Of a stretch of 33,943 bases of DNA, positions 1 through 12,164 are shown one piece after another. Both the position numbers and the translations under genes were made by a program. Source of the DNA: Tubiluchus corallicola (Eukaryota; Animalia; Priapulida); contig JAQGDQ010001579.1 of NCBI GenBank assembly GCA_030141605.1, forward strand, positions 1 through 33,943, read 5' to 3'. How positions within the stretch are numbered: the stretch's first letter is position 1; every line of letters begins with the position of its first letter. The notes under the pieces are model-generated. The model saw nothing but the letters and a program-made list of their open reading frames with translations. It ran no database searches and had not been told where the DNA came from.

Positions 1-277
1 TGTAATTTCTCAAATTTTGCGCCTTACTTTAATCTTTCCAAGCCGTTTCGTAAATTACGATGCGCGTTGCCGTTTTTATGACAGTTTCCGTTTTTCATTT
101 TTATTCTTGTTAACTTCCTTTGTAATTTAAATAAAGGAGGAAACAGCCAAATTGTTATGGACTGTTTTCTAAGCACGTGTGAGATATTATTCACCTGGTG
201 ATAAATATGTGTTAGTACTGAGACGTGTCAAGTTAGTCTTGTGAAAGATAAATTAGTTTTTTGAAAAGCAAAGCAAT

Positions 278-449
278 CATGTAACAATGTAAACATGCAA
301 CCATGTAACAATGTAAACGTGCAACCATGTAACAATGTAAACATGCAACCATGTAACAATGTAAACATGCAACCATGTAACAATGTAAACGTGCAACCAT
401 GTAACAATGTAAACATGCAACCATGTAACAATGTAAACATGCAACCATG
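278..449. repeat. 24-bp minisatellite (CATGTAACAATGTAAACRTGCAAC), about 7 copies
   Basis: Directly visible tandem unit; explains ORFs 228-540. Confidence 0.95.
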
Positions 450-463
450 CTTTGACTTTGGTT

Positions 464-519
464 GCAGCTATTTGTAGAGTTTGAGCCAGCATGGCGCAGG
501 GCGCAAGTTCGATTCCCAG
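464..519 (+). mobile_element. Degenerate tRNA-derived SINE-like head
   Basis: B-box-like GCAAGTTCGATTCCC (503-517) preceded by a weak A-box/D-arm-like GCTATTTGTAGAG; no convincing cloverleaf. Confidence 0.35.
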
Positions 520-784
520 TGCTTTAAGAATTTTACTCATTGTGTTTTTCGCGTACTACGTTATTAAAGTAATGTTAGTTAATGTCGATTTCGCGCCTAA
601 AAGTTTCGAAACTCAACTTACGTTTAACCTAGACAAAATACTGAAATTATAGATTATTTGTAAACAAATAAAATTGATTTTTTAACTAACTATTGCTATC
701 TAACTGGATGATTGTGTAAACATTAGTTCAAAATAAAGAATTAGTTCAATAGTTCACCTTCCCATTTGAAGAAAAAAATAATTT

Positions 785-855
785 AAGAAACAATTGCTAA
801 CTTTTATATGCAAGAAAATGTATATTTTGAACAGTAAATTAAAATGAGATTGAGT
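785..855 (+). repeat. Dispersed repeat fragment, second copy at about 16499-16569
   Basis: TAACTTTTATATGCAAGAAAATGTATATTTTGAACAGTAAATTAAAATGAGA recurs with few substitutions near 16512. Confidence 0.8.
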
Positions 856-919
856 GAAAACAACCGAACCTCTAAAGAATTATTTAAACAATGAGTAGTG
901 TAATCGTGTGTCTATTTAA

Positions 920-1486
920 CCCATATAAGGTCACCGGGGGGGGGGGGGTAAAAAGTTATCCCCGTAAACCTTTTCTATGACTTTTTCTAAATATGTTTTG
1001 TGCACAAAATACTTTCTGTTATTTATTTTAGGCGCATTGTCTCACCACGAAATAAAAGTGAAAATGCAATATGTCGATTTTTTTAAAATTGTCGAAACTT
1101 TACTTCGCTTGTCTATACATTATTGTTTTGCGGGCATGTCAGTTACTCAAATTACTTCACCTAAAAGAAGAAAGTAGTAGACAATAAATTCAAAATAACG
1201 ATGATTTTTGCCCCACACGCGCTAGCAATGTCGGTTGCCTACAGTTATTCCAGCATAGATAAGGGAACGTAACTAAGTGAATTTAAATTTCGTATTACTA
1301 GTAAGTCACATGTCTATAAGCAGAGGTATAATGTATCCTATGGTGGTCAGCGTAACCACAAATTATGCTGTTGCTGTTTACTAATGAAACACGGTGGTTT
1401 ATGAAAAGTAATTTACGAATTATGGTGGTTATCTTTTACCCCACGGTTACCAAAATCGGTTGTAAAAAATCGTGACCCTATAAGGG
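920..1486. mobile_element. Non-autonomous piggyBac-type MITE
   Basis: TTAA at 916-919 and 1487-1490; CCC...GGG termini; imperfect TIR CCCATATAAGGTCAC / GTGACCCTATAAGGG; internal inverted repeat GGGGTAAAAAGTTATCC / GGTTATCTTTTACCCC; no transposase. Confidence 0.8.
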
Positions 1487-1894
1487 TTAAACTGGTGCAA
1501 AAACGCACGCTGTACCGTGAGAAGTGCTCTGCTCTTTTTACTAATTGGGCAAAAACTTGAGGTGCTCTTGTTAGTTTAACCGTTTTGCTCCATAATAGGT
1601 TGTTATCGCTGCATTATAGGATGTATTCCATTCTAATAAAGATCGACTTTGCATTGTTAAATGTGAAGCAGGCGTGATGTATACGCTAAGCAAGATCAAA
1701 TTATATCAGGTATCTTCAAAGTAGGTTACGCACATTCGGAAGTTGACGAAAAAACGTTTTGCTCACTCCGTCAAGACACGACTAATGATTTTGTAGACCT
1801 TTTGTAGACCAGAAGTGGCTAACGTGACGATCTATTATACAGAAGTTAACATAGCATAGCTGATGAATTGAAAAAAAACATGCTGAAAAATTAT

Positions 1895-1966
1895 GAGTCA
1901 GTCGGGGCTTGAACCCGAGACTTTGCGATTAGAACTCTCGCCTTTTTGCCACCAGGACTACAGACT
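1895..1966 (-). mobile_element. tRNA-derived SINE head or tRNA pseudogene (Arg-TCT-like)
   Basis: Minus strand: A-box TAGTCCTGGTGG, T-arm TCGGG-TTCAAGC-CCCGA, 6/7-paired acceptor stem, anticodon-loop-like GTTCTAA with a broken stem. Confidence 0.6.
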
Positions 1967-2012
1967 AATATTGTAGAGTTGCACAAAATCAATATAAACC
2001 GTTATGATAATA

Positions 2013-3400
2013 CTATATATGCATATGTGTATATATACCTATATACATATACATACATATGCATATACATATACATATATATATACATATTTTTTACCTG
2101 TGATTTTCCTGTGACTTTTTACCTGTGACTTTTTACCTGTGGCTTTTTTACCTGTGGTTTTTTTACCTGTGACTTTTTTCCTGTGACTTTTTTACCTGTG
2201 ACTTTTTTACCTGTGACTTTTTTCCTGTGAATTTTTCACCAGTGGGTTTTTTTACCTGTGACTTTTTTCCTGTGACTTTTTCACCAGTGGCTTTTTTACC
2301 TGTGACTTTTTTCCTGTGACTTTTTTCCTGTGGCTTTTTTACCTGTGACTTTTTTACCTGTAAACTTTTTTCCTGTGACTTTTTACCTGTGACTTTTTCC
2401 CTGTGCCTTTTTTACCTGTGACTTTTTTACCTGAATTTAACAGTAGGAACCCATTTTTTTGCGTTTCCCTCAACATGACTGAACTCGAATCGTTTGCGTT
2501 TGCGATTGGAAACGTTTAGCAAAACCAGGAAAAAACTGTTCAGAAAAACAAGCTTATTAGTCTTAATTACTGTTCAAGGACAATGTTGTGTTTTGTGCGG
2601 GGGTATGCTCGCTCGAGTGAATTTCAACTTGTCTCTGTTGACTCTGCTGTTATTTTCCTGAACGTTCTGTTGACGACAAACCCTCAATTATATATATATA
2701 TATATATATACACATATTTTTTACCTTTGATTTTTTTCCTGTGACATTTTACCTGTGGCTTTTTAACCTGTGGCTTTTTAACCTGTGACTTTTTTTACCT
2801 GTGACTTTTTCACCTGTGACTTTTTTACCTATGACTTTTTTCCTGTGACTTTTGTACCTGTGACTTTTTTACCTGTGGCTTTTTAACCTGTGGCTTTTTA
2901 ACCTGTGACTTTTTTTACCTGTGACTTTTTCACCTGTGACTTTTTTCCTGTGACTTTTTCACCAGTGGCTTTTTTACCTGTGACTTTTTTACCTGTGACT
3001 TTTTCACCTGTGGCTTTTTTACCTGTGATTTTTTTTACCAGTGGCTTTTTTACCTGTGACTTTTTTCCTGTGAATTTTTCACCAGTGGGTTTTTTACCTG
3101 TGACTTTTTTCCTGTGGCTTTTTCACCGGTGACTTTTTTACCTGAATTTAACAGTAGGAACCCATTTTTTGCGTTTCCCTCAACATGACTGAACTCGAAT
3201 CGTTTGCGTTTGCGATTGAAACGTTTAGCCAAAACCAGGAAAAAACTGTTCAGAAAAACAAGCTTATTAGTCTTAATTACTGTTCAAGGACAATGTTGTG
3301 TTTTGTGCGGGGGTATGCACGCTCGAGTGAATTTCAACTTGTCTCTGTTGACTTTGCTGTTATTTTCCTGAACGTTCTGTTGACGACAAACCCTCAATTA
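2013..3400. repeat. Tandem duplication of a [TA microsatellite + ~15-bp TTTTTACCTGTGAC minisatellite + ~260-bp unique block] unit; minisatellite probably the sub-terminal array of a foldback/MULE-like DNA transposon
   Basis: Arrays at 2090-2432 and 2717-3143; 2433-2690 nearly identical to 3144-3400. Transposon origin is inference. Confidence 0.85.
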
Positions 3401-4046
3401 TCTTGGCAAAATAATGAGTAACGCTTCTCACTTTAAAATGGAATATCAGATGTACGGCAAAGCGATCACCTGCAGGGTTACCCTACACCCGCAGCTTTTA
3501 ACCCTCGTAATTAACCGGAAATGAAACGTGTTTCCGGCATGCGTATTTCTCTTTTAATTTTTGCAAGTCGTTTAGTAATTGCATAAATGAATCCGGTCGT
3601 ATTTTGGGAAGAATGTGGATTATAGGTAAATTTGGGAAGTATCAAATATAAACCCTCAAATATTTTATCACGAAATTCGAAACTACGTAAATATCTAAAT
3701 TTACAAGGCCAGTAGTACACCCAGGGTAAGGTGGGCGTAGGCTGTACGGTGGGTGGGTTGTGAGATTTTACAGTAGAAATGAATGCAAACAGGACTTTTG
3801 TTATTAGTGACAAAGGTATGTGTTGATATGTTGAAAGTGGCGAGGCTGTAGTTACCAAGGAACCAGTCGTCTGATGAAGAATTCCGCAAGTAAGAAGCCC
3901 GAACGAAAACTGAAATTACATTGCATGCTACAGGGAAGCAAGCATCTTGTAAAGAATTGTAGACACCTATGTTAGGTTGCTGCTTGCTAATCTAAGAGTT
4001 AAAACCATAGAGGAACCCTGTTGTTCAACAGATGATAAAGGTAACT

Positions 4047-4097
4047 ACTGAGATTCGAACCCACGTATTAGAACCCTCGCACTAGTTGCCACAACTA
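4047..4097 (-). mobile_element. Second tRNA-derived SINE-like head, same family as 1895-1966
   Basis: Minus strand GTGGCAA...GCGAGGGTTCTAAT...GGGTTCGAATC shares GTGGCAA, GCGAGnGTTCTAAT and a B-box with the first copy. Confidence 0.5.
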
Positions 4098-4286
4098 TTA
4101 TTTCATCTAGCGCTATAGTTCAGAGGAAGCCTAGATTAATTTTTCACAAAATACGACGGCATTTCTGCCGGAAACAGGTTGCCGCTAAGGAATTTACCAT
4201 TCCCTTTCTGGCATTTTCGAAATCTGGGAACGAAAGCGAACCTATATGACCCCCAATTTATGACTATGGTTTCCCTACACCCCATG

Positions 4287-4775
4287 CAGGGATGACGCAG
4301 AATTCCATTTAGTGCCATTTATGTAAATCGCGTAAATTCGTTGAGAAAATTTTTACGGACCCAGTACATTATTTCACAAGCTGACCGCTAGTTGGCAGGC
4401 CGTCACTATGTTTACATCACGTACAACAGTGTAACCACGTGTATATCTCTATGTATAAAAATATAGAATCAATTGTGTGGAGTTATTTGAGTCAATTGCA
4501 GACAGTTTTTATATACTTTTGCATAGGAGCGGCCAGTACTTAGGCATTTTTTAGACAATTAGGTATCATGTATCCTTGATAGTTGGGTATTTTAAATTAT
4601 GCATGAAACAAGGTAATTGATATTTTAAGTCCACTTAGAGGCCTCTATGGTCAAAAAATTGCAATTTGTTGCTGGCTCCAAGGCGGCTTCCCTTGAACCC
4701 CATTGGGGGCCTACGTGGCCCCCACACCCCCGGCCTGTTTCAGAGTTTTTTTGCAATTTGTCATTCTCATCCCTG
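4287..4775. mobile_element. Possible degenerate hAT-like non-autonomous element
   Basis: CAGGGATGA at 4287 and TCATCCCTG ending 4775 (9-bp inverted match); internal GGGGGCC..GGCCCCC hairpin; flanking 8-mers do not match, so boundaries are uncertain. Confidence 0.35.
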
Positions 4776-5339
4776 CCTATAGTGAATTGATTTTTTTCTC
4801 ATACATGCAACACACAGGTACACAAAACATTAGGAATATCGACCCATTCGCAATTACAATTACAGATTGCCGGCGCAGTAACTAATTTGGCTTCTAGAAT
4901 ACACAGTCTGTGTTGTCACTTTCGTGCATTTCGTATTTTGACAAGGAAAAGAGGCGCTTTATGATGTAGATGGGGCCTCGATGACTCAGCAACGATGCCA
5001 CCTCTTTTAAGTCATCTGCAGACTTTATCTGTCCACCCCACCTGGTGTCTGTGTCAATGAAGCGAGGTGAAATATCAATAGGGCTGACGTTTATTTGTGT
5101 CTGAATCAAATCTCGCGTGGCATTTAGACAGGATTTTTCTGTCTTCTGACTGGGTGGTTTTCACTGCCTTTTGGATCATTCACTCACGAAACGGCCATTG
5201 ATTGACTTTGCTGCCTTTATAAGTTGATTTACAAGTCATCTATGCGTGTAGAAAAGAGGTGCACCTTTTGTGCAAGTAGAAAACATTTTGGACGCACTGC
5301 GCTTTTCCTGAGTGCAAAGTCTACACGATTTTTTGTAAT

Positions 5340-6190
5340 GTTTAGTTTAAACATAATTTATTGTAGGATTGGATCAGACAGTTTGAACAACATGATTTAG
5401 GATCCTCACCACAACAGACTTCATACACTATTTACAAAAACATTTACAGTAAGAATTGACTATAACTACACAAGCTGACAAGTTTTACTACAAGATTACA
5501 TTAGACATTAGTAACATTTACAGTAAGAATTGACTATAACTACACAAGCTGACAAGTTTTACTACAAGATTACATTAGACATTAGTAACATTTACAGCAA
5601 GAATTGACTATATAACTACACAAGCTGACAAGTTTTACTACAAGATTACATTAGACATTAGTAACATTTACAGCAAGAATTGACTATAACTACACAAGCT
5701 GACAAGTTTTACTGCAAGATTACATTAGACATTAGTAACATTTACAGTAAAATAGACTATAACTACACAAGTTGACAAGTTTACTGCAAGATTACATTAG
5801 ACATTAGTAACATTTACAGTAAGAATTGACTATAACTACACAAGCTGACAAGTTTTACTACAAGAATACATTAGACATTAGTAGAAAATGACGGTTAGAA
5901 AATATTAATGTACGAATATTTAAGACTGATGCATTTCATATCAGATAGAAACTACTGGAAGCGTTTAGTACGTAATATAAAGTCATGTATGCATTGGAAT
6001 ATTTTACAGTTAGCAACATAGTTAAATTCATCTTTTCCGAATAATAACAACTTCAACAGAGCATTAGTTCCTAAGGCAGCTATATTAAGGCTTCCGGGCA
6101 GAAGTATTTCATTTAGTTTATCAAACATAACAACCCTAGTTTGTTGATACAATGGGCAGTGCAACAAAAAGTGTTCAACAGACTCAAATC
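5340..6190 (-). mobile_element. 5'-truncated non-LTR retrotransposon (CR1/L2 group): ORF2 C-terminus plus 3' UTR
   Basis: Minus frame FESVEHFLLHCPLYQQTR...LLLFG...IHDFILRTKRFQ* (stop at 5952) matches the E-x-x-x-H-F-x-L-x-C-P-x-Y zinc-knuckle tail of LINE ORF2; 3' end AATAAATTATGTTTAAACTAAAC; sister copies at 11721 and 18433. Confidence 0.85.
5441..5882. repeat. 74-bp tandem repeat, 6 copies, inside the LINE 3' UTR
   Basis: Units start at 5441, 5515, 5589, 5665, 5739, 5811. Confidence 0.95.
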
Positions 6191-7936
6191 GTAGTAGTTA
6201 GTCTTAGTTTCTTAGTCTAAATTTCCCACCATCTCTTATCTGTTTCCCTGTAGCATATAATCATCATCCACTCGAGTGCTGTTCACCTCTATGACCTGAT
6301 CTCTTGTTTCTATTGCAGATAATTATTCTCCTGTTTGCTCATATTCGTGCAGATACTTCAAACATAAAAACTTGTCCATCCACTCGAGATAATGGCTCTG
6401 ATCGTCCAGTGTTTATGGTAGAGTCGATGCCAGATGATTTTGGAACAATGGTCTGCCTTCTTCTATCTTATTACCCGAGCTGGCTTGACTGTCAGATCAC
6501 GCTTCCATGCTTTTTTCAGTGTTCGTTAGTGTCTTGCATTTCCCGCCAACAGTACGAGCCAAAGGAAGACAGGATGATTTTTCATCTGCTACCCCATTTT
6601 CAAGTAGGGCAAAAAGTAAGCATTTTAACACGATTAGTACTGCAAAAGCGTTTCTGATAAATAAATAATGGATAAAAAACTTAATTTACAGCGGGCCAGC
6701 CTTACAGTTGATGACATCACAAACTAACATAATTTTCAACATCAAAAATATTCCATGAGCGTGTTGCGCATGTTTGCGAAAAATTGAAGTGCAGTGCTAC
6801 TGTTGTACTAAAACTAGGCTAGCTAAAAGATAAAAATTCAAATTTCTGATTTACCACTGTGCTCTCGCGTGAGCTGTCGACCGTATGCAGTTTGGCACAA
6901 ACTAGCACATCTGAACTGAGAGGTACAGCATCTTTTTTTTTGTACAACGCTTTCGGAAATGCAGGCGCTAGTGTCCGTCTAACTAGCCAATGGCGAAATG
7001 CACGTAACAACGAAGAACTAGTGGCGCGAACGCGAAATTGTGTTTGTCTGGTAATAATTCTTTCACGTAAATCATTCTTTCAAAAATAGTATGTTTCCTT
7101 TCAATATTTAAAGAATAGGTTGTCTTGAGCTACAATTTAAGATTGGGTCCGGTTTTAAGCAGAAAAAGGAAAAGTTTAGAATTTACATGCAGATCTGTTG
7201 TCGTAATGCTAGTAATGGATGTATTTGATCGATGTAAGAAAGAAATTAGTGCTGTACTTTTGCAAATTTGACAATAATTGTGTTATAGGAGATCACAAAA
7301 CTATACTGACACAAGAGCAGCAGCAGCAGCAGCAGTAGTAGTAATAATTGCGTTGTGATTTTTTCCCTGTGACTTTATTACTGATTTCCCAGCCGGAATG
7401 TTTTTGATACACCGTAGCGTTTCTGAAGTAGCTGTCTGTTAAAATAAATGTCTGCTATTAAAGCTAATAGATTATAACTTACATTTAGTACTTGAGCTGA
7501 AAGCGGGGCAACCCGAATGTTAATGACAACTTTCGCTCTGCAGTAGGAGTCGTGACCCCGTTACGTAACATCCCCGTCACTTTGGCGTATGATAAAATCA
7601 CTTATAATTATCTACCGAATCGACATTTGTACTATGAAACCTCCAATTGCCCAGGCCAGCTTTTGTACGACAGTGTAGTGTAATAACACACGCCGATTTT
7701 TACGCTGCTAGAGCGCAGTTTTGGCTCGATTGTTGTTAAAGTTTGTCGACGGATGTCGAATTCGATGCGTACACATCGCGGCCCATCTGTTGAACTGATA
7801 AAACTGCAATTACGCAATTCAGCAGCTATATGATCTAGTTTAAATGTAGCTTGTATTGAGTGCCACGCCAAATATTTGTAGTATTTTACGGCAGGAAGCA
7901 ACCGGGCAGCTGTTATTAGGCATTGTACAGTACAAT

Positions 7937-8220
7937 GCGAATAAACTATTGATTTTTTCAAAGTTTAACGAAATACTCTAACAGAGACTGGCTGTACAAA
8001 GCAAATAAAAAATCATAGATTTTTTAAAAGTCATAGTGTACTACTGTACAGTAGATTGATTGTACGTAGTGAATAAACTATTGATTTTTTCAAAGTTTAA
8101 CGATATACCCTAGCAGAGACTGGCTGTACATAACAAATAAAAAACCATAAATTTTTAAAAGTTATAGTACAGTACTGTACAGTAGGTTGATTGTACGTAG
8201 CGAATAAACTATTGATTTTT
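7937..8220. repeat. ~131-bp tandem duplication (about 2.2 units)
   Basis: GAATAAACTATTGATTTTTT recurs near 7939, 8071 and 8202 with similar intervening sequence. Confidence 0.85.
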
Positions 8221-8559
8221 TTTCTCAAATTTTCGTGATGTACATTAGAATCAAAAGAAGAAGTGAAGTAATGATTAGCAAGTTCGTGAAGGCTTCGGTA
8301 ATCCTTTAGCGTTGCAATTTTCCTGCCCATCATTTGTTGTTAAGGACAATTTTCATTGTTTTGCGTGTGTGTTCGCCTGTCAGTTCGTCAGCATCACTTT
8401 TTTTTTCAAACAATGGTGATCTCACAGTGGGCGTTGGGCATTGACAAAAGGATTATGCATACTATCATCACAGAACAACTGCAAATTCAGAAACAAGGGG
8501 GCTATAGTTTTTGGTCAGTTTTGTTGTCAAGACCGTTACCAATGCCAATGGCGAATTAG

Positions 8560-9470
8560 GTAAAGTAAAAGTAAAGTAAAAAAAATTATTTGTCTCTGAA
8601 TGTTACAAAATAAACATAAGCAAAAGCTAAAAACTGAAATACAGACGGAAAAGAGACGGGGTGGCGAAAAGACCAAGGGTCGCCAAGTCAACCACCCCTA
8701 TCCAAATTGAAGAAAATTAACTGACCTGTCAAGTAAGGTATGTACAAATGAAAATAATCAGCAACTTAACAAAACAACAAGTTCAAATGTGTTTAAATTT
8801 AGAAACAGTAAATGAATTTGGCAATGAAAAGAGGCAAAATTTAAATTAGGAAACAAAACGGAAAATTTAAACTCACCAAAAACAAAACTAATAATTACAT
8901 ATAAATCAAGAACTCAAACCAACATAAGAAGCAAAAAAATGAAGCAATGTCAAGTCATGAGTAAATCATCACGAGGTCAAGTACCTCTGTCCAAATTTAA
9001 AGTAAATTATATAACCTGACAAGTACAGGCAAGGAAAATTATAATAATCAACATATAAAAATAAAAAACAAAGATGAATAACTAGGGAGATATTAGTATA
9101 ATGAATTCAGATGAGTTTATAATCAAGTGGCAACATGAATCAATGAATATGGCAAATGGTATGAAACAATATTTAAATTAGCAAATAAATATGCTATATT
9201 TCCTCCTCAGCAAATGGTTGCCAAGGAATGGTTACTAAGGAATGGTTACTAAGGAATGGTTGCCAAGGAATGGTTACTAAGGAATGGTTACTAATGGCAA
9301 TGGTTGCTAAGGAATGGTTGCTAAGGAATGGTTACTAAGGAATGGTTGCCAAGGAATGGTTGCCAAGGAATGGTTACTAAGGAATGGTTACTAAGGAATG
9401 GTTGCCAAGGAATGGTTACTAAGGAATGGTTACTAATGGCAATGGCACCTACCAACGTTTGGATTGGTTT
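8560..9470 (-). mobile_element. Old L2-group LINE 3' end (3' UTR, stem-loop, short-repeat tail)
   Basis: (GTAAA)n tail then TTATT; hairpin GGGGTGG..GACCaagGGTC..CCACCCC at 8658-8698; A-rich UTR; weak ORF-end relic RRKYSIF near 9190-9207. Right boundary uncertain. Confidence 0.55.
9213..9445. repeat. 14-bp minisatellite AATGGTT(GCC/ACT/GCT)AAGG
   Basis: Directly visible; two main unit variants are interspersed. Confidence 0.95.
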
Positions 9471-9920
9471 TACGATTTTTTTTCTGTAGGAAACATTTTA
9501 CACCATGACTAAGTAATGAGGAAACATAAACGTTTCATTGGCATTGTATTGCTAACAGGGATTTTTGTTTTCGGGGTGTAGTGTCACGGATAAGGCTTAA
9601 AAGTTCACGGATTTAGCACTAAGCGTAGCGAAAGTGCACGATTAGGCCTGGCAAGTGTGACCTCTGCGCTGGTTTTCATTTGTGAACGTTTTTCACCAAC
9701 TTTTCCCAGCCCCTGCAGATAAAGGCTGTTTCACAATCGGCCCTGTAATTTCAACAACTCAAGTGGTTGGCAACTTTCCTAGCAAATCATTCAGCAGCTC
9801 CGTGGACCGTGTTCGAGTGGCGAACAACCTTGTTTACTTTTAATCTACATCCATAACTAAGTCACACCGGGGGTACTTTTCAGGATTGCACCTCGAGATC
9901 GGCAAACTTGCGGCTGAACT

Positions 9921-11063
9921 CTCGACGCGCTTTGTGGTGGAATCATATTACCTCCTGTTGTAAAAATATGAACGCATTAACCTAGACGATGAAGAAAGAA
10001 AGTTTAATTGAAATAAACAAGATGATGGCATTATGGAGAGAAGAGTCGGCGAGAACGCCCTCTTTGAGTGCCTTCTCCAAATCTTAATCCACATTGTCTG
10101 TTAAATAATTTCCGTTATTTACATTAGTCGCCGGATCGACAGTCAACAATACATTGCAAACACTACAGTTACTGAAAGCTTTTTTCAATTTTTCGTCAAA
10201 AATCGATTTTTAATATGTCCAAGCTAAGCAAATGCATTTCATTTATATTTTTGCATGAAACCCCATCGTTTGAGGAATAGAAACCTAGAAAAATTATCAA
10301 TTATAATATAATCACTGCTTCGTGAGAGCAAAATGCAGTAAACGCTTACGGTCCTGAATGAGTTAAGGAGGAATTTGTGATTTTATCTCTTTAGGACACT
10401 ACATTATTAACTCGACGCGCATTGTGGTGGAATCATATTACCTCCTGTTGTAAAAATATGAACGCATTAACCTAGGCCAGGGGTGTGCAAATTATCTGAC
10501 TAGCCGGGCCACATTAAACTTTCCCACAATTCCTGCGGGCCACAGGCAGTTTAATCAAGGAGCCAAGTACAGACAGGCCTAATAACGATTTTTTTTGCAT
10601 CCAACCTGCGTACATCATTACTACTACACTTAATAATCTATTTTAGAAGTTATTAAAATTTATATTACAAACCATATATTTCTACTTTCAGGACAGATAG
10701 TGGTAATTTCATTGCAGTGCATATTAGTAATGTGTCTGTGTAGTACAGTGACATTAAGCTACAACCGTCTTGTAAGGGTTAATGGCATCCGATCTAGTAG
10801 AAAAAACTACCCGCACTATCTTTGGGATCGTGGCAAGGACTTTCATTAACTTTACAAATCTCTTCGCGGGCCGCACAAATTCTCTCGGCGGGCCGCAATT
10901 TGCACACCCCTGACTTAGACGATGAAGTACGATTTTGGAAAGAAAGTTTAATTGAAATAAACAAGATGATGGCATTATAGAGTCGGCGAGAACGCCCTCT
11001 TTGAGTGCCTTCTCCAAATCTTAATCCACATTGTCTGTTAAATAATTTCCGTTATTTACATTA
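9921..11063 (+). repeat. Local ~205-bp direct duplication (9921-10126 and 10411-11063); second copy interrupted by a MITE
   Basis: CTCGACGCGC..GTGGTGGAATCATATTACC through TCCGTTATTTACATTA is present twice. Confidence 0.9.
10478..10912. mobile_element. hAT (Charlie-like) MITE, 435 bp
   Basis: Perfect 16-bp TIR CAGGGGTGTGCAAATT / AATTTGCACACCCCTG; 8-bp TSD ACCTAGGC / ACTTAGAC; subterminal GCGGGCC motifs; empty site ACCTAGAC at 9980-9987. Confidence 0.93.
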
Positions 11064-11460
11064 CTGCACGGATCGTGGAGATTTTGTGGTCTTCAATGAA
11101 AGAGTGTCTGTCATCATTTTCAATAAATCATACTTCAATTTGGAGAAAGTCTTCCTCTTTTATCCACTCCAATGTAAATCAATCGTTGACCCTTTTAAGC
11201 CAACCGCCCATTAAATAATTCCTATACGCGTCGGTTTTCATCCGACGTTGGATATCGGATTCCTCGATTTGTCCGGGCATTATCCCCTTGTTCCCGGTTT
11301 TACGCTTTCCTGTTAATCTGGGCAGGAGTTACGTGGATTGTGATGGGAATGTTTTATGGGCGCGTTTAATATCTGGTTTATTAAAGTATTTCAAATGAGC
11401 TTTCGTATTTTCGCGGGACAATAAACACAATGTGTAGCCGTTCTTTTTGCTCCCAGTATG

Positions 11461-11720
11461 ACATAGACATAGAACATTTATTTTCTCCAATTAGTTTAAC
11501 ATCAAAAGTTTTTTAAATATTAAGTAATTATAATCATGGACTAGGGCAGGGAAAAGGACCATTGGGTCATCTAGTCTCCTGCCCTTTCTTATAAATAGAT
11601 TAGCATATTAAAAATTAACGGTGATGCTGCAGATAACAAAAACAAAAACAAATAAGAAAAAATAATAATAAAACAGTATAAGTGATACATTATGATGTGG
11701 TGAGGATTTTTAAAACTTTT
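11461..11720 (-). mobile_element. L2-group LINE 3' end
   Basis: (ACATAG)n tail + TTTATT; hairpin AGGGCAGG..GACCattgGGTC..CCTGCCCT at 11543-11585; related copy at 19828. Confidence 0.6.
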
Positions 11721-12164
11721 GTTTTAGTTTAAACATAATTTATTATAGGATTGGATCAGACAGTTTGAACAACATGATTTAGGATCCTCACCACAACAGA
11801 CTTTATACACTATTTACAAAAACATTTACAGTAAGAATAGACTATAACTACACAAGCTGACAAGTTTTACTACAAGATTACATTAGACATTAGTAACATG
11901 TACAGTAAAATTTGACTATAACTACACAAGCTGACAAGTTTTACTACAAGAATACATTAGACATTAGTAACATTTACAGTAAGAATTGACTGTAACTACA
12001 CAAGCTGACAAGTTTTACTACAAGATTACATTAGACATTAGTAGAAAATGACGGTTAGAAAATATTAATGTACGAATATTTAAGGCTGATGCATTTCATA
12101 TGAGATAGAAACTACTGGAAGCGTTTAGTACGTAATAAAAAGTCATGTATACATTGCAATATTT
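11721..12164 (-). mobile_element. Second, more truncated copy of the 5340-6190 LINE (3 x 74-bp UTR units)
   Basis: Near-identical UTR; encodes only ILQCIHDFLLRTKRFQ*. Confidence 0.9.

Noticed and set aside
228-540. Overlapping repetitive ORFs
   Set aside because: Translations of a 24-bp minisatellite that is open in several frames.
4894-5160. Minus-strand open frame (IQTQINVSPIDISPRF...)
   Set aside because: No recognisable motif and no convincing splice pair.
6304-6657. 117-aa ORF with a hydrophobic N-terminus
   Set aside because: Starts at TTG, not ATG; no domain recognised.
9693-9830. Minus-strand peptide LLNDLLGKLPTT*VVEITGP...GAGKS resembling the RecA/RAD51 Walker A region
   Set aside because: In-frame stop, wrong spacing to GKS, no flanking homology; likely chance.
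10230-10366. piggyBac-like end GAATGAGTTAA
   Set aside because: No matching opposite terminus found.
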